Shown here: piece after piece, positions 9,043-18,125 of the stretch
Layout of the letters: every line of letters starts with the position of its first letter
Numbering within the stretch: position 1 is the first letter of the stretch
Assembly: GCA_963794065.1 (NCBI GenBank)
Contig: CAWCDA010000057.1
Location: forward strand, 13,634-77,633
Reading direction: 5' to 3'
DNA: 64,000 nucleotides
DNA from: an uncultured Actinomycetes bacterium
GTDB taxonomy: Bacteria > Actinomycetota > UBA4738 > HRBIN12
Notes under the pieces: generated by a model
Told to the model about the DNA's origin: nothing
The model's database searches: none
What the model saw: the letters and a program-made list of their open reading frames with translations, nothing else
Program-made: the position numbers and the translations under genes

Positions 9043-9609
9043 ATGACCGAAACGCCCACTCTGCATTTGACCGTCGGATTGCCTGGCGTCGGGAAGACCA
9101 CCCTCGCTCGGAAGATCGCGCACGAGGACAAGGCAGTCCGGTTCTCACCCGATGAGTGGATGATTCCCCTCTTCGGAACCACGTGGCGTGCTCCTGAAGT
9201 CGATGGCAAGCGAGACGTCCTCGAAGGTCGCCTGCTGTGGGCCGCGCACGAGGTGCTTGGCGGTGGTGGCTCTGTCGTCGTCGACTTCGGGTGCTGGTCA
9301 GCGGCAGAGCGCTGGGCCGTACGTGCCGTTGCGGAACATGCGGGGGGACGATTCCGCCTGTACTTCGTCGATCTGCCCGAGGCGGAACGACGCACGCGCG
9401 CAACGGCTCGATGGGAACGGGACCCGGGCGCCGACTTCGAGATGACCCCGGTCGACCACGATCGTGCCCGAGCCGTCTTCCAGGTTCCCACGGAAGCGGA
9501 GATCGCTGCCGAGCATCTGCCTGCGCCGCCCGCGGGTCATACGTCGTGGCTGGCGTGGGCTGCCGACCGGTGGCCGAGCCTTCCCGACTTCGCTGACGAG
9601 CAGGAATAG
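9043..9609 (+). CDS. P-loop kinase (AAA_33 / zeta-toxin-like ATP-binding protein)
   Basis: ORF 9043..9609 with Walker A GLPGVGKTT. Confidence 0.75.
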   Translation: MTETPTLHLTVGLPGVGKTTLARKIAHEDKAVRFSPDEWMIPLFGTTWRAPEVDGKRDVLEGRLLWAAHEVLGGGGSVVVDFGCWSAAERWAVRAVAEHAGGRFRLYFVDLPEAERRTRATARWERDPGADFEMTPVDHDRARAVFQVPTEAEIAAEHLPAPPAGHTSWLAWAADRWPSLPDFADEQE

Positions 9610-9618
9610 GCGCGACGA

Positions 9619-10407
9619 TCACGGCTTGGTTCGAGTGGCCGCTGATCTCAGCACGGCGACCTCAGGGAACTCGTTCGGCGAGCCGTAGCCGTGCTCGACC
9701 AGCCAGCGGACGTTGAGCAGGCATCGCAACGACCACCATGCATGGATGAGATCGAGGTCGACGTCGGTGCCGTAGCCGGCGACGACGTCGCCAAGGTGCT
9801 CGGGGTGTCCGAGCGTGAGTGTGGCGAGGTCGAAGTGCGCGTCACCCTGGGATGCCTCGGACCAGTCGACGACGCCCGTGACCTCGTCACCCGCGACGAA
9901 GACATGGTCGACCTGCAGGTCGCCGTGGATGAACGCCGGTGTCCAGGGCCGGAGCGCCGCCTCCGCGAGCCGGCGGTTACGCGTGACCACGTCGGTGGGA
10001 AGGACGTCGTTGGCGACGAGCCACTCGCATTCGTCGGCGAGGTGCGATGCGAGCTCGTCGATGCTTCGACCGGGCCATGGCGGCAGCGGCGCGTCGTGCA
10101 ACGTCCGGACGGCAGCACCTGCCGCGATCCACGCGGCCGACGACGCAGTTGACGGCTCGCCGAGGTGGCCGAGTGCCGTCCCCGGCAGAGCGGCGAGCGC
10201 CAGCACGGGCGGCTTCCGCCACAGGATCTCGGGGGTTGTGAGCGGGACCATCGCCATCGCCGCGACCTCGACGTCGGTGCGGGTCTGATCGCCGTCGATC
10301 TTCAGGAACACGTTGCCGACGCGCAGGGTCGCGCGCTCGTTATGGGCGACGACGACCTCGATCTCTTCCACGTCGGTCATTCTCGCGGCGACGACAACAG
10401 TCGTCAT
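9619..10407 (-). CDS. aminoglycoside phosphotransferase (APH) family kinase
   Basis: ORF 9619..10464. Catalytic loop FIHGDLQVDHVF and VDWSEASQGD are present. The start is uncertain: MTTVV at 10407 or MTDVEE at 10380. Confidence 0.8.
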   Translation of the reverse strand: MTTVVVAARMTDVEEIEVVVAHNERATLRVGNVFLKIDGDQTRTDVEVAAMAMVPLTTPEILWRKPPVLALAALPGTALGHLGEPSTASSAAWIAAGAAVRTLHDAPLPPWPGRSIDELASHLADECEWLVANDVLPTDVVTRNRRLAEAALRPWTPAFIHGDLQVDHVFVAGDEVTGVVDWSEASQGDAHFDLATLTLGHPEHLGDVVAGYGTDVDLDLIHAWWSLRCLLNVRWLVEHGYGSPNEFPEVAVLRSAATRTKP

Positions 10408-10620
10408 CGTGCTCTGGTGCCACAGGCGGTTGCTCCCTGAAGCTTCGCCGTAAGACGATTTCATTGCATGGACGCTGGGCGGGTTTCGCTGCCTACGGAC
10501 CGCCTGTAGGTTTGCTTCGTGGGCAAGGGGGAGCTGTGAAGCGAAGGCTGTGGCTCACGGCGTTCGTCGGGGCCGTGGGCATCGCGGAGATCGCGCTCGC
10601 GATTCAGATCCGGACGTGGC

Positions 10621-10812
10621 ATGGTCGAGGCTCGTGGACAGCAGACCCAGGCCAACAAGGTCTTCATCGCGAGCTGGCTCGAATCAGAGATGTGGATCAA
10701 TCCGTGGTTGCTGCTGGTCGGCGTCACGACAGGGATCCTCGCCGTGGCGATCTTCGTCACGTATCCCCGGTTGGCGGGAACTGCATGGCGCATGGAAAGG
10801 TCGCGTAGATGA
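10621..10812 (+). CDS. possible small membrane protein (63 aa), perhaps the 3' half of a frameshifted two-TM gene
   Basis: ORF 10621..10812 contains the TM helix WLLLVGVTTGILAVAIFVTY. An upstream overlapping frame (GTG about 10536) encodes a second TM helix, LWLTAFVGAVGIAEIALAI. The local sequence is visibly less GC-rich. Confidence 0.3.
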   Translation: MVEARGQQTQANKVFIASWLESEMWINPWLLLVGVTTGILAVAIFVTYPRLAGTAWRMERSRR

Positions 10813-10828
10813 CGGACATCCGATTTCA

Positions 10829-11306
10829 TTGAAGCAGTTCCATGAGATCGGCTGGCGCGTGGTGAGGGATGATGCGTCGACGCGCTTTCACTCGGGATCG
10901 TTCGCTGCCAGCCTGTCCCTGGTGGAAGCGATCGGACGCCTGGCCGACGGAGGAAGCCAACGACCCGATCTCGATCTCCGCTCCGAGTGGGTGACGGTGC
11001 GTCTGAGATGCGACGCGGACGGCCGTTTCGGTGAAGACGACCTGACGTTGGCCGAGCGGATCTCGACGACGGCGCGCGATCTGGGCGCTTCGGTTGACCT
11101 GACCGGTCTTCAGTCAGTGCAGGTCGCTATCGACGCGCTCGTGATCCCCGAGGTCATGCCGTTCTGGCGGGCACTCCTCGGGTACCGACAAGTGGATGAG
11201 GACCTGGAGGACGTGTCGTGAGCGACAAGAACGCCCCCAAGACGTGGCTGTTGGCCGACGCCGAGGGCAACGAGGTCGACGTCGCCAGCTGGCCGGACCG
11301 CGACTG
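10829..11306 (+). pseudogene. pterin-4a-carbinolamine dehydratase-like / glyoxalase (VOC)-like fusion, internally deleted
   Basis: From the TTG at 10829 the frame reads a PCD-like domain (KQFHEIGWRVV...RPDLDLRSEWVTVRL), then the start of a VOC domain (VQVAIDALVIPEVMPFWRALLGY), and stops at 11221. The VOC C-terminus (KTWLLADAEGNEVDVASWPDRD*) follows in another frame up to 11306. About 50 aa of the domain core are missing. Confidence 0.45.
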
Positions 11307-11327
11307 AAGCTCGGTAACGTTGGCCCG

Positions 11328-11828
11328 ATGTCGAGGATATTGGTGACCGGCATGTCGGGGACGGGCAAGTCGTCGGCGCTCGCCGAGCTTGGCCGACGCG
11401 GGTATCGCGTCGTCGACACCGATGATCCGGGCTGGTCGGAGTATCACGAGTCTGACGAGCCCTCCGAGTTGCACCGCGGAGAGTGGCTCTGGGTCGAGGA
11501 CAGGATGATCGAGCTGTTGGACTCCGATGATGGTCGCTCGCTCTTCGTGCAAGGGTGCGTGCGCAATCAACTGAAATTCTACGACCGGTTCGACGCCGTC
11601 GTCCTGCTCAGCGCGCCTGCCGAGGTGATCCTTGACCGCATCGCGCACCGAACGACCAACACCTACGGGAAGAATCCAGGGGAACAAGCGATGATCTTGG
11701 ACGATCTCGCTAACGTCGAGCCGCTCCTCAGGGAAGGCTGTACGCATGAGCTGGATACCAGCCGACCGCTCGCCGAGGTCGTTGCTGACCTCGTCGCGAT
11801 CGCGTCGCACCCGATGACGACGCCCTAG
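11328..11828 (+). CDS. P-loop ATPase/kinase (shikimate-kinase-like AAA family)
   Basis: ATG at 11328 inside ORF 11196..11828. Walker A VTGMSGTGKSS. Confidence 0.75.
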   Translation: MSRILVTGMSGTGKSSALAELGRRGYRVVDTDDPGWSEYHESDEPSELHRGEWLWVEDRMIELLDSDDGRSLFVQGCVRNQLKFYDRFDAVVLLSAPAEVILDRIAHRTTNTYGKNPGEQAMILDDLANVEPLLREGCTHELDTSRPLAEVVADLVAIASHPMTTP

Positions 11829-11900
11829 GTAGAGCGTTGGGACTCTTTCGCTCGCCTGATAGCGATGCTCCTCGCGCCTAGCAGGGAGGAGTCGTAAGTT

Positions 11901-12389
11901 TTGAGGATGACCTCACGGACCCGGGTGATCCGCATCACCATCGGTGTGGTGCTGGTGATGATCGCGCTTGCCGGCCTGTTCGCTTACAACGCGATGTCCG
12001 AAGCGTCGCCGGGTCCCGGATGGCTCAAGGCCGGGTCGGTTGCCGACATCGAGCGCCAAGGAGTCACCAAGGTCGACGACAGCGCCTACGTCGTCTCCTA
12101 CGGCGGTCTTCCCGTGTTTGCGTTTGCTGCCTCGTACGTCGACGGCATCCACGAGGTGGTGTCCTACTGCCCCTCGAGCGGTTGGTTCTACAACGAGCCG
12201 CACGCGACGCAATACAACATCGTTGGCAGGTACATGCTCGGACCGGCTCCGTCGTCGACGCTTCCCCGGGTGGCTGTGTCGGTCCTGGATGGCGAGGTCT
12301 GGGTCGATCCTGGACAGCCGGTTTCGGGTCTGATCCCCGGTGCGACGGAGATCCAACAGCCGGCGGAGGGTCCGTTCTGCCAGTCTTGA
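11901..12389 (+). CDS. membrane-anchored hypothetical protein with a degenerate Rieske-like fold
   Basis: ORF 11901..12389 with N-terminal TM helix IRITIGVVLVMIALAGLFAY. CPSSGWF occupies the place of Rieske box II (CPCHGS-F), followed by GPAPSSTLPRVAVSVLDGEVWVD. The cluster ligands are missing. Confidence 0.5.
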   Translation: MRMTSRTRVIRITIGVVLVMIALAGLFAYNAMSEASPGPGWLKAGSVADIERQGVTKVDDSAYVVSYGGLPVFAFAASYVDGIHEVVSYCPSSGWFYNEPHATQYNIVGRYMLGPAPSSTLPRVAVSVLDGEVWVDPGQPVSGLIPGATEIQQPAEGPFCQS

Positions 12390-12405
12390 CGAGGGAGGTC
12401 TGATC

Positions 12406-12969
12406 GTGCGGAAGCTGATAGCGACAGTGTTCAACTACTCGCTCGACGGACTTCTCGCCGACCCGGACACCGAGTTTTGGAGGTTCTGCTTCAGCCTGCC
12501 CGAGAACAATGAGCCCGACGACCCGGCGCAACTCGACTTTCTCCGGAGCGCGTACGCGCACATCATGGGCCGCACCGCGTACGAGGCAATCTCCAAATCC
12601 ATGACAACGGCCACCGACCACCCGTTCTCCGACATCCTGAACGCTGGGCGCAAGGTCGTGTTCTCCCGGACCCTGAAGACCGCCGATTGGGCCAACACCA
12701 CCATCGCCGCCGGCGACACGACAGAAGAGATCGACAAGCTCAGGCGAGGCGGTGACGGCCACATCGTGGTCTGGGGCGGCGTCGATGTCTGGCGCTCGCT
12801 CATGCGACTCGATCTGATCGACGAGCTCCAGGTAAGCATGTTCCCCTACATCGCCGGCGAGGGGACGCGGCTGTTCGACGGCGTCCCCAAGTCCTACGGG
12901 CTCGACCTCGTTTCGAGCGCCGCCTCCCGCAGCGGGATCGTCGAGCTGCAGTACCGTCGCCTCCGCTGA
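12406..12969 (+). CDS. dihydrofolate reductase family protein (RibD C-terminal domain)
   Basis: GTG at 12406 after GAGGGAGG, inside ORF 12340..12969. Motifs LIATVFNYSLDG, GRTAYE, VWGG and LIDELQVSMFP. Confidence 0.85.
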   Translation: MRKLIATVFNYSLDGLLADPDTEFWRFCFSLPENNEPDDPAQLDFLRSAYAHIMGRTAYEAISKSMTTATDHPFSDILNAGRKVVFSRTLKTADWANTTIAAGDTTEEIDKLRRGGDGHIVVWGGVDVWRSLMRLDLIDELQVSMFPYIAGEGTRLFDGVPKSYGLDLVSSAASRSGIVELQYRRLR

Positions 12970-13034
12970 CCCGCCGCGCTTGTGGGGAAACGAGCTCCGT
13001 TGCGCAAGCGAGATCGGCCGCCGGTCCTAAGTCC

Positions 13035-13120
13035 GTGGCCGTGCACGGCGCCCAAACGATCCAGCAATGCCTGGACGCCGGGCTACTCGACGAGATCCAG
13101 GTCGATCTGGCTGCCGTGAG
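13035..13120 (+). pseudogene. remnant of a third RibD_C/DHFR-family gene
   Basis: The start of ORF 13035..13217 reads VAVHGAQTIQQCLDAGLLDEIQVDLAAV. This matches the ...hGGa.l.q.l..gLvDEl.l...Pv segment of the flanking paralogs, but nothing else of that gene is present. Confidence 0.4.
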
Positions 13121-13143
13121 TACACGGCGATATCCTCCTCGCA

Positions 13144-13755
13144 ATGAAGCTGACCACCACTGCGCAGATCTCCGTCGACGGAGTGATGCAAGGGCCCGGC
13201 GGGCCGGACGAGGATGAACGCGGCGTATTCGAGCGCGGCGGATGGGCCCACTTCGACAACGAAGCCGGGACCGTCATGGACGAGATCTACCAGCGCGCCG
13301 GCGCATTCCTGTTCGGCCGGCGCACCTACGAGATCTTCGCTGGCTCGTGGGGAACGTGGGACGATCCGGGCGACAGCCCGATCTGGACGTCATTGCACAC
13401 GCTGCCCAAGTACGTGGCATCGATCACACCCTTGGACCCGAAGTGGGCGAACACGACCGTCATCTCCAGTGACCTCGAGGCTGCCATCCGCGACCTGAAG
13501 ACCACGGCGGGAGGCGAGCTGCAGGTGCACGGCAGCGGCGCGTTGTTCCGGTGGTTGCTCGACAACGACCTCGTCGATGAGATCAACCTGTTCACGTTCC
13601 CCGTGGTCATCGGCCAGGGCAGGCGGCTGTTCCCCGACACCGGACCGGACGTAGCGCTCGAGCTGGTCGGATCGCAGGTCACCCCTACCGGAATAACGAT
13701 CCAGGTCTACCGGCCCACCGGGCGTCCGGAGTACGCGACGGCCACAGCCGACTGA
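13144..13755 (+). CDS. dihydrofolate reductase family protein (RibD C-terminal domain)
   Basis: ORF 13144..13755. Motifs KLTTTAQISVDG, GRRTYE, QVHGSGAL and LVDEINLFTFP. Confidence 0.85.
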   Translation: MKLTTTAQISVDGVMQGPGGPDEDERGVFERGGWAHFDNEAGTVMDEIYQRAGAFLFGRRTYEIFAGSWGTWDDPGDSPIWTSLHTLPKYVASITPLDPKWANTTVISSDLEAAIRDLKTTAGGELQVHGSGALFRWLLDNDLVDEINLFTFPVVIGQGRRLFPDTGPDVALELVGSQVTPTGITIQVYRPTGRPEYATATAD

Positions 13756-13762
13756 AGCACGG

Positions 13763-14209
13763 TCAATCGGCGGACACTTCCTCGCTTCCGGCTCCTGCTT
13801 CGTCGCGGAGAGCTGCCTCATAGGCGTCGAGCGCCAGCTTGAAGTGACGACGCTTTGCCTCGGGGATGATCTGGAGGAACACGACCACGACCACACCGGT
13901 CCACAACGCCCAACCGAAGGTGTAGAGGAGATCGGCGACCAGTTCATATGGCTCCGTCGTCGCCGACGACTTGAGCAGGAACCCACCGACATACGTCGCC
14001 AGGCCGACCATCAAGCCGAGCCCGAGGATCCAGTAGACGGGTCGCTGCCCGAGTGCGGTCCGCCGCACGTATGGCAGGTTCTGCTCCACCCAGTCCAGTA
14101 CTTCGCGACGTTCCTTCTCCGCGAGATCGCCGAACAGGGCTTGGTCTCGAGCGCGCTCCTCCTCATTGAGCGTGTGTGAGGTTTTTCGTGCTTCCGGTCC
14201 TCTCGACAT
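13763..14209 (-). CDS. hypothetical membrane protein (two to three TM helices)
   Basis: ORF 13763..14254, with MSRGPEARK at 14209 as the probable start. TM segments VYWILGLGLMVGLATYVGGFLL and FGWALWTGVVVVVFLQII. Confidence 0.6.
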   Translation of the reverse strand: MSRGPEARKTSHTLNEEERARDQALFGDLAEKERREVLDWVEQNLPYVRRTALGQRPVYWILGLGLMVGLATYVGGFLLKSSATTEPYELVADLLYTFGWALWTGVVVVVFLQIIPEAKRRHFKLALDAYEAALRDEAGAGSEEVSAD

Positions 14210-14359
14210 GGTCGACCTCCCGATCGCCAGCACCAGGGCGATCGACGCCAGCATCCGATCGCGGCAGCCCGCGTTCTACCCGACAAGGCAGATCTGGCAA
14301 CCCCCAGCCCACCTCATATCCCAGCTGAGCTAGGCTCTTGCTAACGCAGGGGAGGGCGT

Positions 14360-15607
14360 GTGGACACCGATCGGATCCAGTCGTTGCTCGAGCGTCTCGC
14401 CGAGATCGGTGCGACGCCGGAAGACACCAGCGAGGAACGCCTGCGTGCCGGCGCGTTGATCCTCGCGTCGGTCGGCATCGCGGCGATCTCGTTCTTCTGG
14501 ATCGGCATCTACCTTGCGTACGGGTACTACGCCGCAGCGGCGATCCCATTCGTGTATCAAGTCGTCACGCTGGCAGGGCTGCTCCTCCTATCGCGGACCC
14601 GGCGGTTCGGCATCTTTCGGACGACGCAGCTGGCGATGTGGCTGATCCTTCCGGCGTTGCTGCAGGTGGCGCTTGGAGGATTCGTCGCGTCCAGCGGCAT
14701 GATGCTCTGGGCCGCGTTGGTGCCGCTGGCGGCGGTGGCTCTGCTCGGCGTGCGCCGTGCGACGCCTTGGCTGATCGCTTTCGGCGTCGTCTTGACCGCG
14801 CTCGCGGTCGGGAACTCGAGACTCGTCGAGCACGCCGCGGACTTCTCGCCGCCGGTGCAGACTCTGTTCATCGCGTCGAACATCGCCGGGCTGACGCTCG
14901 GCGGGTTCCTACTGCTGGGCTACTTCGTCGAGCAGGGCGAGCGCACACGCGTCCAGCTGGCAGAAGAGCAGGAGCGCTCGGAGCTCCTGTTGCGAAACGT
15001 CCTCCCGACCGCGATCGCGGAGCGTCTCAAGCGTCACCAGGGTGTGCTCGCGGAGCACTTCGACGAGGTCACGGTCCTGTTCGCGGACATCGAGGGCTTC
15101 ACGGAACTCAGCGCTGGAATGCCGCCCGATCGGCTCGTGCATCTGCTCGACCGCATCTTTTCGACGTTCGATCTGCTCGCCGAGATGGAGGGTCTCGAGA
15201 AGATCAAGACGATCGGCGATGCGTACATGGTGGTCGGCGGCGCGCCCGAGCGACGCCCCGATCACGCCGAGGCGATCGCCCGGCTCGCGCTCGCGATGCG
15301 CGATGCGATCGAGCGGATCGCCGTCGGCCCCCTCGAGGGCCTGCGCATCCGCATCGGCATCGACACGGGCCCGGTCGTCGCCGGGGTGATCGGTAAGAAG
15401 AAGTTCATCTACGACGTCTGGGGCGACACCGTGAACACCGCCAGCCGCATGGAGTCCCACGGGTTGGCGAACGAGATCCAGCTGACCGAGCGCGCGGCGC
15501 TCAGGCTCGAGCACGGGTTCGGGATGAAGCCGCGAGGCGTGATCGACGTGAAGGGGAGGGGCCTGACGGAGACCTTCTTCTTGGTCAGGGAGCGCACGGC
15601 GCTCTAA
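14360..15607 (+). CDS. membrane-anchored class III adenylate/guanylate cyclase
   Basis: ORF 14360..15607, GTG start after GGGGAGGG. About six N-terminal TM helices, then the cyclase core VTVLFADIEGFT...IKTIGDAYMVV...GKKKFIYDVWGDTVNTASRMES. Confidence 0.9.
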   Translation: MDTDRIQSLLERLAEIGATPEDTSEERLRAGALILASVGIAAISFFWIGIYLAYGYYAAAAIPFVYQVVTLAGLLLLSRTRRFGIFRTTQLAMWLILPALLQVALGGFVASSGMMLWAALVPLAAVALLGVRRATPWLIAFGVVLTALAVGNSRLVEHAADFSPPVQTLFIASNIAGLTLGGFLLLGYFVEQGERTRVQLAEEQERSELLLRNVLPTAIAERLKRHQGVLAEHFDEVTVLFADIEGFTELSAGMPPDRLVHLLDRIFSTFDLLAEMEGLEKIKTIGDAYMVVGGAPERRPDHAEAIARLALAMRDAIERIAVGPLEGLRIRIGIDTGPVVAGVIGKKKFIYDVWGDTVNTASRMESHGLANEIQLTERAALRLEHGFGMKPRGVIDVKGRGLTETFFLVRERTAL

Positions 15608-15610
15608 CGC

Positions 15611-15928
15611 CTAGCGGCCGCGCTCCACCTGGTGCTTCAGTCGAGCGAGGCGGTCGTCCCAACCCGCGCCCACGTCGACGATCCAGTCCATCGCGTCGGT
15701 CAACGGCCGCGGTGTGAACGTGTAGACGCGCCCGCGCACCGGACCCGAGCCCGCGACCAGTCCGGCGTCCTGCAGCACCACGAGATGCTTGGCCACCGCT
15801 TGTCGCGTGATCGGCAGTTGCCGCGACAACGACGACAGGGTCGTTGGACCCTCCTCGGCGAGCGCGCGGATCACCGCGCGCCTGGTGGGGTCGGCCAGCG
15901 CCTCGAAGACTGGGTCGGGATCGGTCAC
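15611..15928 (-). CDS. ArsR/SmtB family transcriptional regulator
   Basis: GTG at 15928 in the ORF 15611..16225 frame. wHTH region [55 protein letters not shown] overlap with the upstream SRPBCC gene. Confidence 0.85.
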   Translation of the reverse strand: MTDPDPVFEALADPTRRAVIRALAEEGPTTLSSLSRQLPITRQAVAKHLVVLQDAGLVAGSGPVRGRVYTFTPRPLTDAMDWIVDVGAGWDDRLARLKHQVERGR

Positions 15929-16275
15929 GAGGCGGCCGCCGTCGCGGTCAACGACTCGGTGATGCGTACGAGCGTGCCGTCCTCGACCGGCGTGAGCTGG
16001 ATCGTCACGCGGGAGGATTCGCCGAGCTCCATACCGAACCCTGCGCCACGATGCTCTCGCCACCGCCACGTCAGTCTGTGGGAGCGCTCGACCTGTTCGA
16101 CGAGGCCGCGACGCACCGACCCGTCGGCGAACCGGAAGATCACCGACCCGCCGACGACCGGCTCGAGCCACGCATCGGCGCCGAACCACGCCGACAGCGC
16201 CGCGGGGTCGACCATGAACCCCCACACGTCGGCGGGCGGCGCCTCGATCGTCTGCTCGTGCACCTCGATGCCCAT
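15925..16275 (-). CDS. SRPBCC / AHSA1-like protein
   Basis: C-terminal 116 aa of ORF 15925..17508, starting [32 protein letters not shown]. Confidence 0.8.
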   Translation of the reverse strand: MGIEVHEQTIEAPPADVWGFMVDPAALSAWFGADAWLEPVVGGSVIFRFADGSVRRGLVEQVERSHRLTWRWREHRGAGFGMELGESSRVTIQLTPVEDGTLVRITESLTATAAAS

Positions 16276-16286
16276 CCCCGCTCCTC

Positions 16287-16357
16287 TCGGCAACTGAGTG
16301 GTTGCCGACCGATCCAACCTGCGGTACGGTCGCTGGGTCGGCAACCTCAAGGTTGCC
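16287..16357. promoter_or_regulatory. two GGCAAC-N6-GTTGCC inverted repeats, likely ArsR operators
   Basis: TCGGCAAC-TGAGTG-GTTGCCGA at 16287-16308 (perfect 8-6-8) and GGCAACC-TCAA-GGTTGCC at 16340-16357. Both lie in the 114-nt divergent region between the SRPBCC-ArsR operon and clpP. Confidence 0.55.
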
Positions 16358-16389
16358 ATGGTACCCCCGCCGACCGGAAAGGAACGCCG

Positions 16390-16989
16390 ATGCCGAGCCA
16401 GCTGATCCCCACCGTCGTCGAGCAGGCGGAGCGCGGCGAGCGCGCCTTCGACATCTACTCCCGGCTGTTGCGCGAGCGCGTCGTCTTCCTCGGCGCCGAG
16501 ATCACCCCGGAGCTGGCGAACCTGATCGTCGCGCAGCTCCTCTTCCTGGAGGCGGAGAGCCCGGAGGGCGACATCGCCCTGTACATCAACTCGCCGGGGG
16601 GTGATGTGACGGCGCTGTTCGCGATCTACGACACGATGGAGGCGGTGCGCCCCGACGTCGCGACGTGGTGCATCGGGCAGGCCGCGAGCGCGGCTGCTGT
16701 CCTGCTCGCCGCGGGTGCGCCAGGCAAGCGTCACGCTCTCGCGCATGCGCGCGTGCTGTTGCACCAGCCGCACGGCGGGATGCAGGGGCAGTCCGAGGAC
16801 ATCCGGATCCACGCCGAGGAGATGGTGCGACAGCGCCGCATGATGGAGGAGATTCTGGCGCGCCACACCGGCCAGACCGTCGAGCGTATCCACGAGGACC
16901 TCGATCGCGACTTCATCCTCGGTCCCGACGACGCCAAGGCCTACGGCGTGATCGACCACGCAGGCGCGCGGAGCACACCCATCCGCTAG
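16390..16989 (+). CDS. clpP: ATP-dependent Clp protease proteolytic subunit
   Basis: ATG at 16390 inside ORF 15844..16989. Motifs [39 protein letters not shown] (Ser), LLHQP (His) and DLDRDF (Asp). Confidence 0.9.
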   Translation: MPSQLIPTVVEQAERGERAFDIYSRLLRERVVFLGAEITPELANLIVAQLLFLEAESPEGDIALYINSPGGDVTALFAIYDTMEAVRPDVATWCIGQAASAAAVLLAAGAPGKRHALAHARVLLHQPHGGMQGQSEDIRIHAEEMVRQRRMMEEILARHTGQTVERIHEDLDRDFILGPDDAKAYGVIDHAGARSTPIR

Positions 16990-17588
16990 TCGACTGGAAG
17001 GCCGCGGCGTCGCAGGTAGTCGTGCCAGAGGATCCGCGCGGCGACCGCGCGATACGGCCGCCATCCCTCGGCGCGTTCGGCGAGCTCGAGATCGCTCGGT
17101 TTGTCGGAACCGGTGAGCTCGGCCGCCGCGGTGCGGAGGGCCAGGTCGCCCCGCGGCCAGATGTCGGGTCGCAGGAGACACATCGTCAGGTAGATGTCGG
17201 CGGTCCACCGGCCGATGCCTCGGTGCTGCGTGAGCGCGACGCGCACCTCGTCGTCGGGCAGGGCCGGCAATGTGGCGAGATCGAACCCGTCGTCCAGGGC
17301 GCGAGCCAGGTCGCGCGCATAGCCGGATTTCTGCCGGCTGAACCCGACCGTGCGCATCTGCGCGTCGTCGAGCCCGAGCACGCCTGCGGGGGTCACCTCG
17401 CCGAGCGCAAGTACCAGCCGGTCGAACGCGGCCTGGGCCGAAGCGAGCGACACCTGCTGCTCCAGGATCAGGTGCACGAGGGTCGCGTACGAGGGCTCGC
17501 GTGCCCACAACGGCGGCGCCCCGTGCCGCTCGATCGACGCGCCGAGCTGTGGGTCGGCAGCGGCCAGCTCTCGGGTCGCCCGGAGCAA
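16986..17588 (-). CDS. DNA-3-methyladenine glycosylase II (AlkA-like, HhH-GPD)
   Basis: ORF 16986..17588. Motifs [23 protein letters not shown] and WPRGDLAL. Confidence 0.85.
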   Translation of the reverse strand: MLRATRELAAADPQLGASIERHGAPPLWAREPSYATLVHLILEQQVSLASAQAAFDRLVLALGEVTPAGVLGLDDAQMRTVGFSRQKSGYARDLARALDDGFDLATLPALPDDEVRVALTQHRGIGRWTADIYLTMCLLRPDIWPRGDLALRTAAAELTGSDKPSDLELAERAEGWRPYRAVAARILWHDYLRRRGLPVD

Positions 17589-17610
17589 CGAGCGCCGGGT
17601 AAGCGCGATC

Positions 17611-18066
17611 TCAGTAGGCGTCGTGCCGGGCCTTCAGCATGCCCGGCAGGCACCGTGCCAGGCTGTCCATGAACGAGTCGGTGCCGACCCGCGCGTGCTC
17701 GTACTCCTCGTCGGAGAGGTGCCCGCCCGTCTGGCTGAGCACCATCTCGGTCTTCCCGCCGTGCGCCGTGAACGTGGCCGTGTATCGCTCGTACTCGTCG
17801 CCGGCCGCATCGGAGAGGTCCATCACCAACCGATCGGGTTTCGAGACCTCGCGGTAGATGCCCTGCCACTCGATCCGGTGGCCGTCGGGCACCAGCATCG
17901 TGCCCCTCCAGCGTCCACCCGGCCTGACGTCAAGCTCGACGTCTCGCATCTCGCTCGACTCGGTACCGAACCAGATCGCGAACTGCTCCGGATCGGTCCA
18001 GGCTTCGAAGACCACCTCGGGCGGTGCATCGAACATGCGCTTGATCGTGTACCCGCGTTCGGCCAT
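17611..18066 (-). CDS. SRPBCC / AHSA1-like protein
   Basis: ORF 17611..18066. Motif IKRMFDAPPEVVFEAWTDPEQFAIWFG. Confidence 0.8.
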   Translation of the reverse strand: MAERGYTIKRMFDAPPEVVFEAWTDPEQFAIWFGTESSEMRDVELDVRPGGRWRGTMLVPDGHRIEWQGIYREVSKPDRLVMDLSDAAGDEYERYTATFTAHGGKTEMVLSQTGGHLSDEEYEHARVGTDSFMDSLARCLPGMLKARHDAY

Positions 18067-18125
18067 CGAACGGCTCCCTTCGGCGTGAGAAGGGACGCTA
18101 CCGCGAGGCGGCGGGCTCCGTCCGG

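Noticed and set aside
15844-16389. 182-codon N-terminal extension of clpP, and the 527-aa ORF 15925..17508
   Set aside because: The extensions are antisense to the ArsR and SRPBCC genes and are low-complexity. The conserved ClpP sequence begins at ATG 16390.
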